A DNA stretch of 64,000 nucleotides from Bacteroidota bacterium (GCA_021849365.1 JAJZSZ010000001.1:29669-93668), one strand, 5' to 3'. Counted from the first letter of the stretch, positions 8,801 to 18,611 are shown. Made by a program: numbers and translations. The notes: generated by a model not told the origin, from the letters alone.

Positions 8801-10302
8801 AAGGTATCAATGATTTGATGGAACGGATTTCCATCGGGACACAGGAAAGGTTAAGGCCGATATTACTTACCGCAACTGCTGCAATGTTGGGGTTTTTACC
8901 AATGGCTATTTCAGGTTCAGCCGGTGCGGAAGTACAACGCCCGTTGGCAACGGTTGTAATTGGGGGGCTTTTCAGCGCCACCTTCCTTACTTTGGTAGTT
9001 ATTCCGGTTTTGTATGCATTGGTTGAATCATTTACTGAAAGAAGAAGGGCGCGTCGTATGATGATCACAACAGACACAACGCTGATGGTTGTCTTGTTTT
9101 TAAGTATGGGCTTTTCACTCGTTGCCACAACAACACAGGCCCAAGAAAAGGATTCATTAACTCAAATGTCGCTTACGAACGCAATCAGCCGGGCTAAAAC
9201 TAACTTTCCGGCAATAAAAGCGGCCCAAATGGAGATAAAGAACCAGGAAGCCTTGAAAAAAACGGCCTGGGATATCGGAAATACAGAGTTTTCAACAGGA
9301 GCTGAAGAACTTGGCAACAACACGGGGAATGGGATCTATAATATTATTGCTGTGAGGCAGGAACTTGATATTTTAAGTATCGGGGCTAAATCAAGTGTGC
9401 AAGCCAAGCAGGTAGCCCTTTCGCAAACAGCGCTTAGCCTGACAGAATTAGAAGTAATACGTGAAGTAAAGCTTGCGTGGGGTAATGCGTATAGCGCGAA
9501 AAAGCAATATCAGCTTTATTTGCAGCTTGACTCGGTTTTCAAAGATTTTGAACGGGCTGCAAAGATTCGCTACGAGACCCAGGCCACATCAAGGCTTGAA
9601 TACCTGTCGGCTTCCAATCAGGCCAAACAAATCATTATTCAGAAGGAAAAATCGAACCGGGATTATCTTATTGCCCTGCAAAAACTAAATCTTTGGTTTG
9701 CCAGCGATACACTCTTTACGGTTGATGATAGTTCCATAAACGAAATCGGCACGATGCCATTTTTATCTCCGGATGCCATAAAACAACATCCGTATTTGCA
9801 ATTTTACGGGCAGAAAATACAATTGGCCGATGCAAGGATTAAACTGGCGAAGTCGGGTTACCTGCCCAAATTTACCGCCGAATACGGAAGCCAGAAAATA
9901 GGCAATCAAACAGGGTTTTACAAATACCAGTTCGGATTAAGCATTCCATTGGTTTTCGCTTCGCAATCAGGTAAAACCCAATCGGCAAAAATAGAAAGCA
10001 GTATTGCCAGGGAAAATTTCCACCAAAAAGAATTGGAAATCAGCGCCACGTACAGAAGCTTGTTTGAAGAGTATCAAAAATGGCTGTCCTCCACGGAATA
10101 TTACCGTAATGTGGCGTTACCCGTCGCCAAAGAGCAAAAACATGGGGCAATCATAGCCTATCGGGAGGGGGCAATCGATTATGTCACTTTCCTCCAGAAT
10201 ATGAAGGATGCCATGCAAATTGAATTTGATTATCTGGATGCGAATGCCAGCTACCTCGATTCGCGTTTCAAAATTGAATATTTTATAAACGTTTCAAAAT
10301 AA
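5896..10302 (+). CDS. czcA: CzcA/CusA heavy-metal RND pump fused to a TolC-like outer-membrane domain
   Basis: DSVPDITNNQVQV, SLGAIDFGIIVDGAV, RLRPILLTA, QRPLATVVIGG; ~400-aa OEP-like C-terminal extension. Confidence 0.93.
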   Translation: MIDKIIAYSIKNKFIVSLILFALVGAGVYSLKTINLDSVPDITNNQVQVITISQNLSTVDIEQFVTYPVELAMANLPGVTELRSVSRFGLSVVTIVFKDNMGTYLPRQVVQEKLNAVKDQIPAQFGEPFMGPITTGLGEIFQYTIKPKQGYDTTYTPMELRTIQDWIVKRQMALIPGVVEVNSFGGNIKQYEIALNPDKLNAMSVSISEVFEALENNNVNTGGAYIEKGHMANFIRGEGLARSLDDIKNIVVKNENGIPVLIGDVAEEVHFGSQVRYGAFTQEGHEAVGGMILMLKGENSNKVIQSVKARIDEVQKTLPQGLEIVPFLDRSDLIQRTTSTVSKNLMEGALIVIFVLVILLGSLRGGLVTASVIPLSLLFAFILMKVFNVWANLMSLGAIDFGIIVDGAVIIVEGTVHEIEKRIKAGKSKFDQNQMDELTYHASSTMMNSAFFGQLIILIVFAPILFLTGVEGKMFQPMAYTFGFAVLGAILLCLTYVPMISSIVMKPTKNKNSWFARFENFLEKISGKLLNRIHAAYKPVLRIALKRKMVTLVIALAILGSAVFVFTRMGGEFIPSLDEGDIAMQAFLRPGSSLTETIDREKEIEKIIMANFPEVKTVAARIGVADIPTDPMGFDFTDSFIILEKDKSKWVSASTKEELIEKIREKLAHLPGLNFTFSQPVELRFNELLTGVREDVAVKLFGEDLDILSEKGEKIEEIIKTVPGAEDVTLERTAGLPQMTVQYNRGKIAQYGLDIAKLNRYVSAAFAGSSAGVIFEGERRFDMVIRLDEKHRKSIEDLRNLYVDLPNGKQVPIKEVAEIDFQPGAMQISREGTFRRIYVGVNVRGRDVESVVNEIQQKLDKQLSLPAGYYITYGGEFENLQRAKNRLSIVLPIALALIFILLYFALHSFPQTVMIYMAVPLAAIGGIFSLWLRGMPFSISAGVGFIVLFGVAVLNGLVLISRFNSLKTEGINDLMERISIGTQERLRPILLTATAAMLGFLPMAISGSAGAEVQRPLATVVIGGLFSATFLTLVVIPVLYALVESFTERRRARRMMITTDTTLMVVLFLSMGFSLVATTTQAQEKDSLTQMSLTNAISRAKTNFPAIKAAQMEIKNQEALKKTAWDIGNTEFSTGAEELGNNTGNGIYNIIAVRQELDILSIGAKSSVQAKQVALSQTALSLTELEVIREVKLAWGNAYSAKKQYQLYLQLDSVFKDFERAAKIRYETQATSRLEYLSASNQAKQIIIQKEKSNRDYLIALQKLNLWFASDTLFTVDDSSINEIGTMPFLSPDAIKQHPYLQFYGQKIQLADARIKLAKSGYLPKFTAEYGSQKIGNQTGFYKYQFGLSIPLVFASQSGKTQSAKIESSIARENFHQKELEISATYRSLFEEYQKWLSSTEYYRNVALPVAKEQKHGAIIAYREGAIDYVTFLQNMKDAMQIEFDYLDANASYLDSRFKIEYFINVSK

Positions 10303-10307
10303 GAACA

Positions 10308-11510
10308 ATGAAAATAGAAATAGTAAAACCATCATTCATTACGATGAAAACAGTGATCATGGCAGGTATGCTCATCCTTGCCCTTTCCTCCTGTAACCAA
10401 AAACCGCCAGCGAACGCTGAACAAGAAAAATCGGAGGAGAGCTCAGAGGGCGGTTTAACGGCCGTTGTGTTGACAGCACAACAATTTACCGCGCTAGGGA
10501 TGAAGGCGGATACCTTGTCTAAACGTAATTTTTCAAGCGTGGTTGTGGCCAATGGTGAGCTTGAGGTATTGCCCCAAAATGAAGCTTCTGTTACAGCAGT
10601 TATTGGTGCAAATATCACTTCAATCGAAGTTTTTGAAGGCAAGAAAGTCAGTCAAGGGCAGGTGCTGGCCTATTTGAGCCATCCCGACCTGTTAAATTTG
10701 CAGACCCGGTATTTAAATGCGTGGAACCAGTTGCAATACTCCGAAAAAGAATACCAAAGACAAAAACGGCTTTACGAAGAGCAGGTTGGTTCGGGAAAAG
10801 ATTTTCAAAAAACCCAATCAGATTTCCTCTCGCTTAAAGGTGAAGTGAAAAACCTTGAAGCCCAATTGAAATTATTGAAGCTCGACATGGAGAAAATAAA
10901 ACAGGGAAATATTGTTGAACAAGTTCCTGTTATCAGCCCTATCAATGGGTTCATTGAAAAAGTGAACGTGAAGACCGGGCAATTTGCAGAACCACAGATG
11001 CAATTGTTTGAAGTCATCAACAACGACCATATCCACGCTGACTTAATGGTTTTCGAGAAAGATATTTACAAAGTAAAAGAAGGCCAAAATGTGACTTTTT
11101 CAATTGAGTCCCTTCCCGGTGCAATACTGTCGGCCAAAATCTTTGCCGTGGGCAAATCCTTCGAACAGAATCCAAAAGCAGTGCATGTCCATGCAGAAAT
11201 TGAAAACAAAAAAGGCCTCCTGATATCGGGCATGTATATTACCGGGAGAATTGCCACGGGTGAAGATTATGCCTTTGCACTCCCCGAAGGGGCCATTGTA
11301 AACGCTGACGGGAAACAGGTTATTTTTATTGCAGAACAGGATAAAGACAATTGGAAATTTGAACCGGTTGAGATTGTAACCGGACAGCAAGAGGACGGTT
11401 TTGTCGAAATAAAATTGCTTTCACCATTGAAAAAAGGTTCGCTGGTGGCCATGAACAACGCCTATTACCTGCTATCGGAAATGAAAAAAAGCGAAACAGG
11501 CGAAGAATAG
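10308..11510 (+). CDS. czcB: RND periplasmic adaptor (MFP), lipoprotein
   Basis: LSSC lipobox, lipoyl halves and coiled coil; follows czcA. Confidence 0.88.
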   Translation: MKIEIVKPSFITMKTVIMAGMLILALSSCNQKPPANAEQEKSEESSEGGLTAVVLTAQQFTALGMKADTLSKRNFSSVVVANGELEVLPQNEASVTAVIGANITSIEVFEGKKVSQGQVLAYLSHPDLLNLQTRYLNAWNQLQYSEKEYQRQKRLYEEQVGSGKDFQKTQSDFLSLKGEVKNLEAQLKLLKLDMEKIKQGNIVEQVPVISPINGFIEKVNVKTGQFAEPQMQLFEVINNDHIHADLMVFEKDIYKVKEGQNVTFSIESLPGAILSAKIFAVGKSFEQNPKAVHVHAEIENKKGLLISGMYITGRIATGEDYAFALPEGAIVNADGKQVIFIAEQDKDNWKFEPVEIVTGQQEDGFVEIKLLSPLKKGSLVAMNNAYYLLSEMKKSETGEE

Positions 11511-11566
11511 CATGAATAAAATGCAAAGCAATTCAATACTATGTATAACGAAAAAAATAATTTAAC

Positions 11567-11908
11567 ATGAAAGCAATAAAAGCATTTGTTAAGCCTTTCA
11601 AGGTAAACGATATATTTCAGAACTTACTCGAAGCCGGTTTCCCTAATTTAACCGTTTCAATGGCAGAAGGAACAGGAAACCTTGAAAGTGCTGATACTTC
11701 GGTATCAACCCGCTTCTCAATTACCGAAAGCCAGGTCGCTAAAATTGAAATTGTCTGCAATAAGAACGATGTGGATAAAATAGTTAAGATCATATCGGAA
11801 CAAGGCCGTACAGGCAATCACGGCGATGGGCTTATTTATATTTCAAATGTTGAAAAAGCATTCCGCGTAAAAACGGGTGAAGGAATCATACTGGATCAAA
11901 AGGTTTAG
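11567..11908 (+). CDS. PII-like protein associated with metal efflux
   Basis: IKAFVKPFKV, KIEIV, RTGNHGDGLIYI, RVKTGE; T-loop lacks the uridylylated Tyr. Confidence 0.85.
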   Translation: MKAIKAFVKPFKVNDIFQNLLEAGFPNLTVSMAEGTGNLESADTSVSTRFSITESQVAKIEIVCNKNDVDKIVKIISEQGRTGNHGDGLIYISNVEKAFRVKTGEGIILDQKV

Positions 11909-11913
11909 ATCCC

Positions 11914-12285
11914 ATGGACAGTATTCTTGAAATGCGCAAGATAGCAATTGCCAAAGGAGGAAAATGTTTATCTCCATATTATACAAATAGTAAGGTGAAA
12001 CTTCTTTGGCAATGCAATTGTGGCCATCAATGGCTTGCAACACCTTTTAGCATTAAAGTCAGGAATAGTTGGTGTCCTGTTTGTGCGGGCAACCAAGCTT
12101 TTGGGATGGATACCATGCATAAGTTAGCAGAAGAGAATGAGGGTAAATGCCTCTCTGCTACATATGGGAATTGTAAAACAAAAATGCTATGGCAATGCCG
12201 GAACGGACATCAGTTTCAATCAACACCCGACAATATCAAGCGGGGAAAGTGGTGTCCCTATTGCCGCGTTGCCACAGTTAAATGA
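11914..12285 (+). CDS. tandem treble-clef/zinc-ribbon repeat protein
   Basis: two repeats GKCLS..Y....K.LWQC..GHQ...TP..IK...WCP.C. Confidence 0.75.
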   Translation: MDSILEMRKIAIAKGGKCLSPYYTNSKVKLLWQCNCGHQWLATPFSIKVRNSWCPVCAGNQAFGMDTMHKLAEENEGKCLSATYGNCKTKMLWQCRNGHQFQSTPDNIKRGKWCPYCRVATVK

Positions 12286-12293
12286 TTAAATCA

Positions 12294-12338
12294 GAATTGG
12301 TGGGGAATATAAAATCCCCACCAATTCCTACCTTTTTT
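12294..12338 (+). terminator. 13-bp hairpin, terminator-like
   Basis: GAATTGGTGGGGA/TCCCCACCAATTC followed by CTACCTTTTTT. Confidence 0.6.
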
Positions 12339-12357
12339 ATCAAATAATGTTTTCATC

Positions 12358-13119
12358 ATGAAAAGATATTTCAATAATTTATTTGGTTGGCAAGCAGTAG
12401 GAGGCGGACTATTTCTTCTTATTGTCTCACCACTTATGCTTGCAGTTTATCAATACGAATTCTCTGACCATCAAATTTCGCTTCAACAAAATTTATCCGG
12501 CATTTACAAAGTACTCTTGCCACCCAGGGATATTAATATTTTTCTCCTGAATGTGGCTATTTCTGTAGTTGGGGTAATTGCAGGTACAATGCTATACCGG
12601 TATAAGAAAAGAAAACCGATAAAAAGACTTACAGCTTCACAACTGCTTGATTTAATCGAAAAAGGTGAAAACGAACAGGTGGAATTTAAGTCTTCACTCA
12701 GGTACGATTACAGGCAGATAAAAACGAACAAAAATCTGGAAGATGTAATATTGAAATCAATAGCAGGATTTTTAAATGGCAACGGTGGAATTCTTTTAAT
12801 TGGAGTAAATGCTGACGGTGAGATTTTAGGCATTACAAATGACTTCTGGTCATTGAAAATAAAAACGAAAGATGGTTTTGAACAAAGGCTAATGCTCATA
12901 ATATCAAACGCCTTCGGAAAAGACATTTGCAGTAAAATACATGTTGCCTTCCATGAAATCGAGAATAAGGAGATATGCTCCCTATTGATCGAAAGGTCAA
13001 AACGGCCTGTTTACGTTAAAGATAATAATCAAACTATTTTTTTCTTACGGACAGGGAAAGTGACCAATCCTCTTACAACAAGTGAAACTGTTGAATATTT
13101 AGAATCAAAAAACACTTGA
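12358..13119 (+). CDS. 2-TM protein with C-terminal Schlafen/AlbA_2 domain
   Basis: GENEQVEFKSS, IAGFLNGNGGILLIGV, LRTG; paralog of 50162..50974. Confidence 0.85.
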   Translation: MKRYFNNLFGWQAVGGGLFLLIVSPLMLAVYQYEFSDHQISLQQNLSGIYKVLLPPRDINIFLLNVAISVVGVIAGTMLYRYKKRKPIKRLTASQLLDLIEKGENEQVEFKSSLRYDYRQIKTNKNLEDVILKSIAGFLNGNGGILLIGVNADGEILGITNDFWSLKIKTKDGFEQRLMLIISNAFGKDICSKIHVAFHEIENKEICSLLIERSKRPVYVKDNNQTIFFLRTGKVTNPLTTSETVEYLESKNT

Positions 13120-13158
13120 TAGGGACTTAGAATTACAAATCACTTAAAAATTAAGATC

Positions 13159-14034
13159 ATGAAAAAAATACAATTTGTTTATTTGATAGTGGCAATAGCT
13201 GTTTTACTAAGTAGTTGTGCAGTTATTCGTCCGGGCGAAGTAGCGTTAAAAGTAAAGTATGGTAAAATTAAACCTGAGATTATGACACCTGGGATATATG
13301 CCCGAGGTATTTTTGGAACCAGAATTGAGCGTTTTGATACCCGAGTTATCGAATATTCAAAAAAACTTGGATTTCATAGTAGGGAAGGTATAGAAGTAAC
13401 TTCTGAATTGACCCTGCTTTACCATTTAGTACCTGATTCTGTGCAAAGCATTTATAAGAAATTTAATGGCTATTACCAGAATACCCTTATAGTTAATAAC
13501 CTCATTACCGCATTGCGGCAGGAGGGACTTAACCACAACGCCATCGAACTTATTACTCAGCGTGCCGAGATTGAAAATTCCATTAAGGAAAAGCTCATCA
13601 CAACTATTGGCAGGTATGGCTTTTCAGTTGATTTGATACTTATTAAAGAGATTGACTTGCCAGATGAAATAACCAGGACGATACAGTCAAAATTAACTGC
13701 TGAACAGGTTTCTAAAAAAACAGAGATCGATTTAGACATTCAAAGGAAGAACCTTAATTACCAGATTGAAAAGGAGAAGATGGAAGCAGAGTTGGAGGTT
13801 GCTAAACAGCGAATAGCACTTGACTTTGTCATTGAAAAACAAAAGAAAGAATCAGAGCGGCTATTGATTGAATCTGAAGCAATAAAAAAATCTCAGGACA
13901 TTTTGAATTCATCGCTCACCGATAAACTAATTCAGTTTAAAGCGCTTGATATTACAAAGGATCTGGTGAAGTCTCCAAATGCTAAAATCATTATAACTGA
14001 CGGAAAATCTCCGGTGATACTGAATGATAAATAA
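13159..14034 (+). CDS. SPFH/prohibitin-family lipoprotein
   Basis: LSSC lipobox, IRPGEVAL, SREGIEV, coiled-coil tail, SPNAKIII. Confidence 0.85.
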   Translation: MKKIQFVYLIVAIAVLLSSCAVIRPGEVALKVKYGKIKPEIMTPGIYARGIFGTRIERFDTRVIEYSKKLGFHSREGIEVTSELTLLYHLVPDSVQSIYKKFNGYYQNTLIVNNLITALRQEGLNHNAIELITQRAEIENSIKEKLITTIGRYGFSVDLILIKEIDLPDEITRTIQSKLTAEQVSKKTEIDLDIQRKNLNYQIEKEKMEAELEVAKQRIALDFVIEKQKKESERLLIESEAIKKSQDILNSSLTDKLIQFKALDITKDLVKSPNAKIIITDGKSPVILNDK

Positions 14035-14215
14035 AAAGATGCAAATAGAATCCGGTAGTGAAAACATGATTTAAAACCTTGGGGTATTTAAAATTGCGCA
14101 CTATTTCTTTTTCAAGTATAAATTAGGGTTTGATTTGATTATCTGGTGCAAAACTTTAGATACCCCATTAACTAACAATTTAATAACGAAATAATTAACA
14201 ACAAAAATTGATTGT

Positions 14216-14611
14216 ATGAAAAAGTCAGTATTTCTCTTTTCTCTTCTTAATTTTATTTTTTTGGGGTTATTTGCCCAAAATATCTCCAATATAAAAAATG
14301 ATTCAATAATATTTGAGAAAATCGTTCATGATTACGGAACAATTATTCAAGGAAGCGATGGCAATTGTGAGTTTAAATTTACGAATAAAGGAAAAGGACC
14401 TTTAATTCTAAACAATGTGAAAACATCCTGTGGTTGTACGGTACCTGAATGGCCAAGTGCACCAATTCCTCCGGAGAAAACTGGTAACATCAAAGTTAAA
14501 TATGATACAAACAGATTAGGCACTTTTTCTAAAACTATTACAGTGAGCTCCAATGCTAAAAACTCACTGGTAACCCTTACAATTAAAGGAAATATAATAG
14601 CCAAGCCGTAA
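14216..14611 (+). CDS. DUF1573-domain exported protein
   Basis: HDYGTI, FTNKGKGPL, SCGCTVP. Confidence 0.88.
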   Translation: MKKSVFLFSLLNFIFLGLFAQNISNIKNDSIIFEKIVHDYGTIIQGSDGNCEFKFTNKGKGPLILNNVKTSCGCTVPEWPSAPIPPEKTGNIKVKYDTNRLGTFSKTITVSSNAKNSLVTLTIKGNIIAKP

Positions 14612-14800
14612 TAGCCTATAAGGAAAAGAATTAAGTTAAAATCTAAACAATAGGGGATTTTAGAATTTCATTTCTACATGGAACTTTTTTTGGTTTTAGT
14701 TGTTTGCGCGAATCATAATTCTAATCCCCTATTCTAAAATATATTGCATAAATGAAAATTTAAGTTAAAAACAATTACTACAATAAATAAACCGGGGAAC

Positions 14801-16888
14801 ATGAAAAAATACACATTAAAAAATCTGGATTGCGCTTCGTGTGCTGCAAAGATTGAAGATAACCTGACGAAACTCGGTGAAGTAAAATTCGTAACTGTGA
14901 ATTTTGCGAATGCCACCATGAGCATTGATACCAACAACATAGAAAAGGTTAAAGCCCGAATAAAAGAGATAGAGCCGGAGGTTGAAGTAGAAGACATTGA
15001 TAAAGAGAAAACAATAGTTTCAACAAGCGAACTTATTGAAAATAAATGGACAATAATAAAAGCTGCTGCTGGCCTGGCCCTACTGCTTATCGGATTGACA
15101 TTTGAAGAAAAGCTCCACAACACCCCTTATGAAATGGCGGAATATGCTGTATATATTACTGCCTACCTCATTGTGGGTTGGAAAGTGATAGCTTCGGCAG
15201 TAAAGAATATCATCAGGGGACAATTCTTTGACGAGCAATTTTTAATGTCCATTGCAACACTCGGTGCTTTTGCTATTCATCAAATGCCCGAAGCTGTAGC
15301 GGTTATGCTATTTTATGTAACTGGTGAATTGTTTCAGGACATTGCTGTTGGTCGTTCCCGAAAATCAATCAAATCGTTACTCGAAATCAAGCCCGATTAT
15401 GCCAATCTGAAGTCGGGCACGGAAATACAAAAAGTTTCCCCCGAAGAGGTTAAAGTTGGTGATACTATCATTGTGAAGGCAGGTGAGAAAGTTCCACTCG
15501 ACGGAATAATACTTGAAGGCACGTCGTTTGTTGACACCGCTGCACTAACTGGCGAAAGTGTACCCCGAAAAGTAAAGGAAAAGGATGAAGTAATGGCAGG
15601 TATGATCAATCAATCCGGGTTATTGACAGTTAAAGTCAATAAATTATTCGGAGAATCATCGGTCTCAAAAATTCTTGAGTTGGTAGAGAATGCCACATCG
15701 CAAAAAGCAGAAACGGAAAAATTTATTACAACTTTTGCAAGGTATTATACTCCCATAGTGGTTATTAGCGCTTTGTTGCTGGCTGTATTGCCTCCCCTTT
15801 TGTTTAGCGGTCAAACTTTCAACGATTGGATTTACCGTGCATTGGTGGTGCTGGTAATTTCCTGCCCGTGCGCATTGGTTATAAGCATTCCTTTGGGATA
15901 TTTTGGCGGGGTTGGTCTGGCATCTCGTAAAGGGATTTTAGTGAAAGGCTCTAATTTTCTGGATGCTCTGACACGGGTAACAACTGTGGTATTTGATAAA
16001 ACAGGCACACTCACAAAGGGAGAATTTAAGGTTTCGGAGGTGGTTACTTCAAACGGTTTTTCGAATGAGGAAATTTTGGAATATGCAGCCTATGCTGAAG
16101 TTAACTCTAATCATCCGGTAGCACAATCTATTACCGAAGCGTACCACGATAAAATTGATACCGCCAAAATCACACAAACCGAAGAAATTTCAGGGCATGG
16201 CATTAAGGCTAATGTTGACGGCAAAACCATTTTTGCTGGCAATGATAAGCTATTGCATAAGGAAAACATAGAACATCCGGTTTGTCAGGTCGACGGAACT
16301 GTTGTACATGTTTCTATTGATCGTGTCTATGCAGGTTATATCATTATTTCCGATAATTTGAAAGATGATGCAATAGAAGCGATAGAAAAATTGAAAGCAA
16401 AAAAAATACAGACGGTCATGTTGACCGGGGATAATCAATATGCTGCACAAGCTTTTGCAAAAAAATTGGGTATTGACCGGTTTTACTCTGAACTGCTGCC
16501 TGAAGATAAAGTTAAACACATCGAACAATTAATCGCAGAAAATAAAGAAGGCAAAGTCGCTTTTGTTGGCGACGGAATAAACGATGCTCCGGTGATTGCC
16601 CGGGCGGACGTAGGAATAGCCATGGGAGCGCTTGGCTCCGATGCAGCCATCGAAACCGCTGACGTGGTGCTGATGACTGATTCACCTTCGAAAGTCGCCC
16701 TGTCCATTGACGTTGCTAAAATAACACGGAACATTGTATGGCAGAATATCTATTTTGCTATGGGAGTGAAACTGGCTTTTATTGTTCTTGGCGTATTTGG
16801 GGTTGCAACCATGTGGGAGGCTGTTTTCGGGGATATGGGTGTTGCTTTAATCGCGATTTTTAATGCTCTTAGGATATTACGAAAATAG
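14801..16888 (+). CDS. cadA: P1B-type Zn/Cd/Pb-translocating ATPase
   Basis: LDCASC, TGES, SCPCAL, DKTGT, HP, GDGINDAP. Confidence 0.93.
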   Translation: MKKYTLKNLDCASCAAKIEDNLTKLGEVKFVTVNFANATMSIDTNNIEKVKARIKEIEPEVEVEDIDKEKTIVSTSELIENKWTIIKAAAGLALLLIGLTFEEKLHNTPYEMAEYAVYITAYLIVGWKVIASAVKNIIRGQFFDEQFLMSIATLGAFAIHQMPEAVAVMLFYVTGELFQDIAVGRSRKSIKSLLEIKPDYANLKSGTEIQKVSPEEVKVGDTIIVKAGEKVPLDGIILEGTSFVDTAALTGESVPRKVKEKDEVMAGMINQSGLLTVKVNKLFGESSVSKILELVENATSQKAETEKFITTFARYYTPIVVISALLLAVLPPLLFSGQTFNDWIYRALVVLVISCPCALVISIPLGYFGGVGLASRKGILVKGSNFLDALTRVTTVVFDKTGTLTKGEFKVSEVVTSNGFSNEEILEYAAYAEVNSNHPVAQSITEAYHDKIDTAKITQTEEISGHGIKANVDGKTIFAGNDKLLHKENIEHPVCQVDGTVVHVSIDRVYAGYIIISDNLKDDAIEAIEKLKAKKIQTVMLTGDNQYAAQAFAKKLGIDRFYSELLPEDKVKHIEQLIAENKEGKVAFVGDGINDAPVIARADVGIAMGALGSDAAIETADVVLMTDSPSKVALSIDVAKITRNIVWQNIYFAMGVKLAFIVLGVFGVATMWEAVFGDMGVALIAIFNALRILRK

Positions 16889-17018
16889 ACTTGCTTGATA
16901 ATTTTCAAAAATGATTGCACAGTCATTCTTAAATCAATCACGCTGACATCCAAGTTGAATCCGGTATTCAAAGCATTAGTTGTAAAATAAATTGTAACCA
17001 ACATTAAAACCAGTTCAC

Positions 17019-17612
17019 ATGTTAGATAAAATATATATCCTAGTGTTTCTTGCCGCATACTTCATTGCCGTGTTTATATACCCTACAATAAGGGTAAAGC
17101 GTAAAACCGGAATAATTGCATATGTATTTAGTAATACAGATTCATTGCAAGATTATATTAGAAAAGTACTCACCTTAATCAACTTCCTTGTGTTTTTTAT
17201 AGTATTGGTTAATCTTTTCCCTCTTATATACCAATACCTTATACCAGTTAAATGGCTCGAAATATCGACTCTTAAATACACAGGATTTATACTCATTCAC
17301 CTTGCATTTCTCTGGATTGTAATAGCAGAGGTTCAGATGGGCAATTCGTGGCGTATAGGTATTGACCTTTCGACAAAAACTGAACTTAAAACCAAAGGCC
17401 TGTTTTCTGTTTCCCGCAACCCGGTATTTTTGGGCATGCTCATTACCCTTGCAGGTATATTCCTGATTCTTCCGAATGCAATCTCTTTGCTGGTATTAGT
17501 AGCTTCAACCTTGATATTTCAGGTTCAGATTCGTCTTGAAGAAGAATATTTGGCCAAAAAACACGGAAAAACCTATGTTGAGTACTGTAAAAAAGTGGGT
17601 AGATGGTTTTAA
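17019..17612 (+). CDS. isoprenylcysteine carboxyl methyltransferase/PEMT-family membrane protein
   Basis: QMGNSWRIGID, GLFSVSRNP, EEEYL, YVEYCKKVGRW. Confidence 0.82.
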   Translation: MLDKIYILVFLAAYFIAVFIYPTIRVKRKTGIIAYVFSNTDSLQDYIRKVLTLINFLVFFIVLVNLFPLIYQYLIPVKWLEISTLKYTGFILIHLAFLWIVIAEVQMGNSWRIGIDLSTKTELKTKGLFSVSRNPVFLGMLITLAGIFLILPNAISLLVLVASTLIFQVQIRLEEEYLAKKHGKTYVEYCKKVGRWF

Positions 17613-17642
17613 TTTATTTACTTATTCCAAAAAAAATCAAAA

Positions 17643-18269
17643 ATGAAAACACACATAAAACTTCTAGCTTTAGCAGCCTTACTTTTGGCGAATTTGCAAA
17701 TCTTTGCACAACGAGAAAAACTACTAAACAATGAGGATGTAGAAGGGCTATATCTGACTTTAGCTGATTTTAAGCAAGATAAACTGACCTATCCAACAGA
17801 TAAACAACACAAAGGTGACAAAATAAAACTCAAACAGTTTTTCATTTCGCCAAAAATTATCAGTATCGAACAAAATATGGAATGCAAGTTTTACAAAGAC
17901 AGTATTTTTGCTATCAGACTAAGCAATGGAGAAAGCTATCGTTTTATCAGCCGCACTCCCTATCTTGTTGCCGATACTTCATATCTGTATATTTATAGTT
18001 TCAGTACCACAAAAACTGAGTATAAAATGGCAGGACCGCACCGCAGGTCTAAAGAAATACCTGTAACTTATTTCTATTTTAGCACAGATAGACACAAAAT
18101 CGTTTACTGGCTCACACTTGAAAATTTACGCAAATTCGCCCTTAAACAAAAAGATGTTCACATTGCCGTTTGCAATAAATTTACTACAGACGAAATGCTG
18201 ACAAAGATAAATTCACAAACAGGTCGATTTGAATTAAACGAAACCATTATCTCAATATTAAATAAGTAG
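17643..18269 (+). CDS. exported hypothetical protein, paralog of 62841..63440
   Basis: signal peptide ending AQ; shared G.y.T.ADF...K..Y, KI.L..F and LTL.NL motifs. Confidence 0.7.
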   Translation: MKTHIKLLALAALLLANLQIFAQREKLLNNEDVEGLYLTLADFKQDKLTYPTDKQHKGDKIKLKQFFISPKIISIEQNMECKFYKDSIFAIRLSNGESYRFISRTPYLVADTSYLYIYSFSTTKTEYKMAGPHRRSKEIPVTYFYFSTDRHKIVYWLTLENLRKFALKQKDVHIAVCNKFTTDEMLTKINSQTGRFELNETIISILNK

Positions 18270-18274
18270 TTTCT

Positions 18275-18580
18275 TTGAACAACATTGAATTTGGTACTAT
18301 CAGGAAGTGGTTTGCAATCATAACAAGTATTCTTTCCGGCTCTCTGTTTGGTGTAGCCACACCGTTTAGTAAGTTGTTATTAGCGGGGTTGAATTCATGG
18401 GTGCTTTATTTGGGTGCTGCTTAAGCAATGCTACCTTAAATTTTCAGGAAAAAACAGCAACCTGAGATTACTTTTTCAATCAGGTTCCTGGGCAAAGACT
18501 ACCAGAATCATTTTCTTTGGAGGTTTCGCCGAACCTTTACTTTTATTGGCTGGTTTAAAAACAGACAATGCTGCTGGCAT
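18275..18580 (+). pseudogene. degraded EamA/DMT transporter N-terminus
   Basis: LFGVATPFSKLLL...LYLGAA* then, in another frame, IIFFGGFAEPLLLLAGL; stops and frameshift. Confidence 0.6.
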
Positions 18581-18611
18581 GAACATTAAAAAAGTATTTC
18601 AAAGTAAGCTT

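Noticed and set aside
7503-9128. Long antisense ORFs inside czcA (likewise inside cadA, porU, sir, cusA, cusB)
   Set aside because: Shadow frames of well-supported genes on the opposite strand
5896-10302. RND-TolC fusion as a novelty
   Set aside because: A common architecture for Bacteroidota CzcA/CusA proteins
18414-18611. N-terminal extension of the GDCCVxC ORF
   Set aside because: It is the decayed EamA/DMT fragment; the real start is likely 18612
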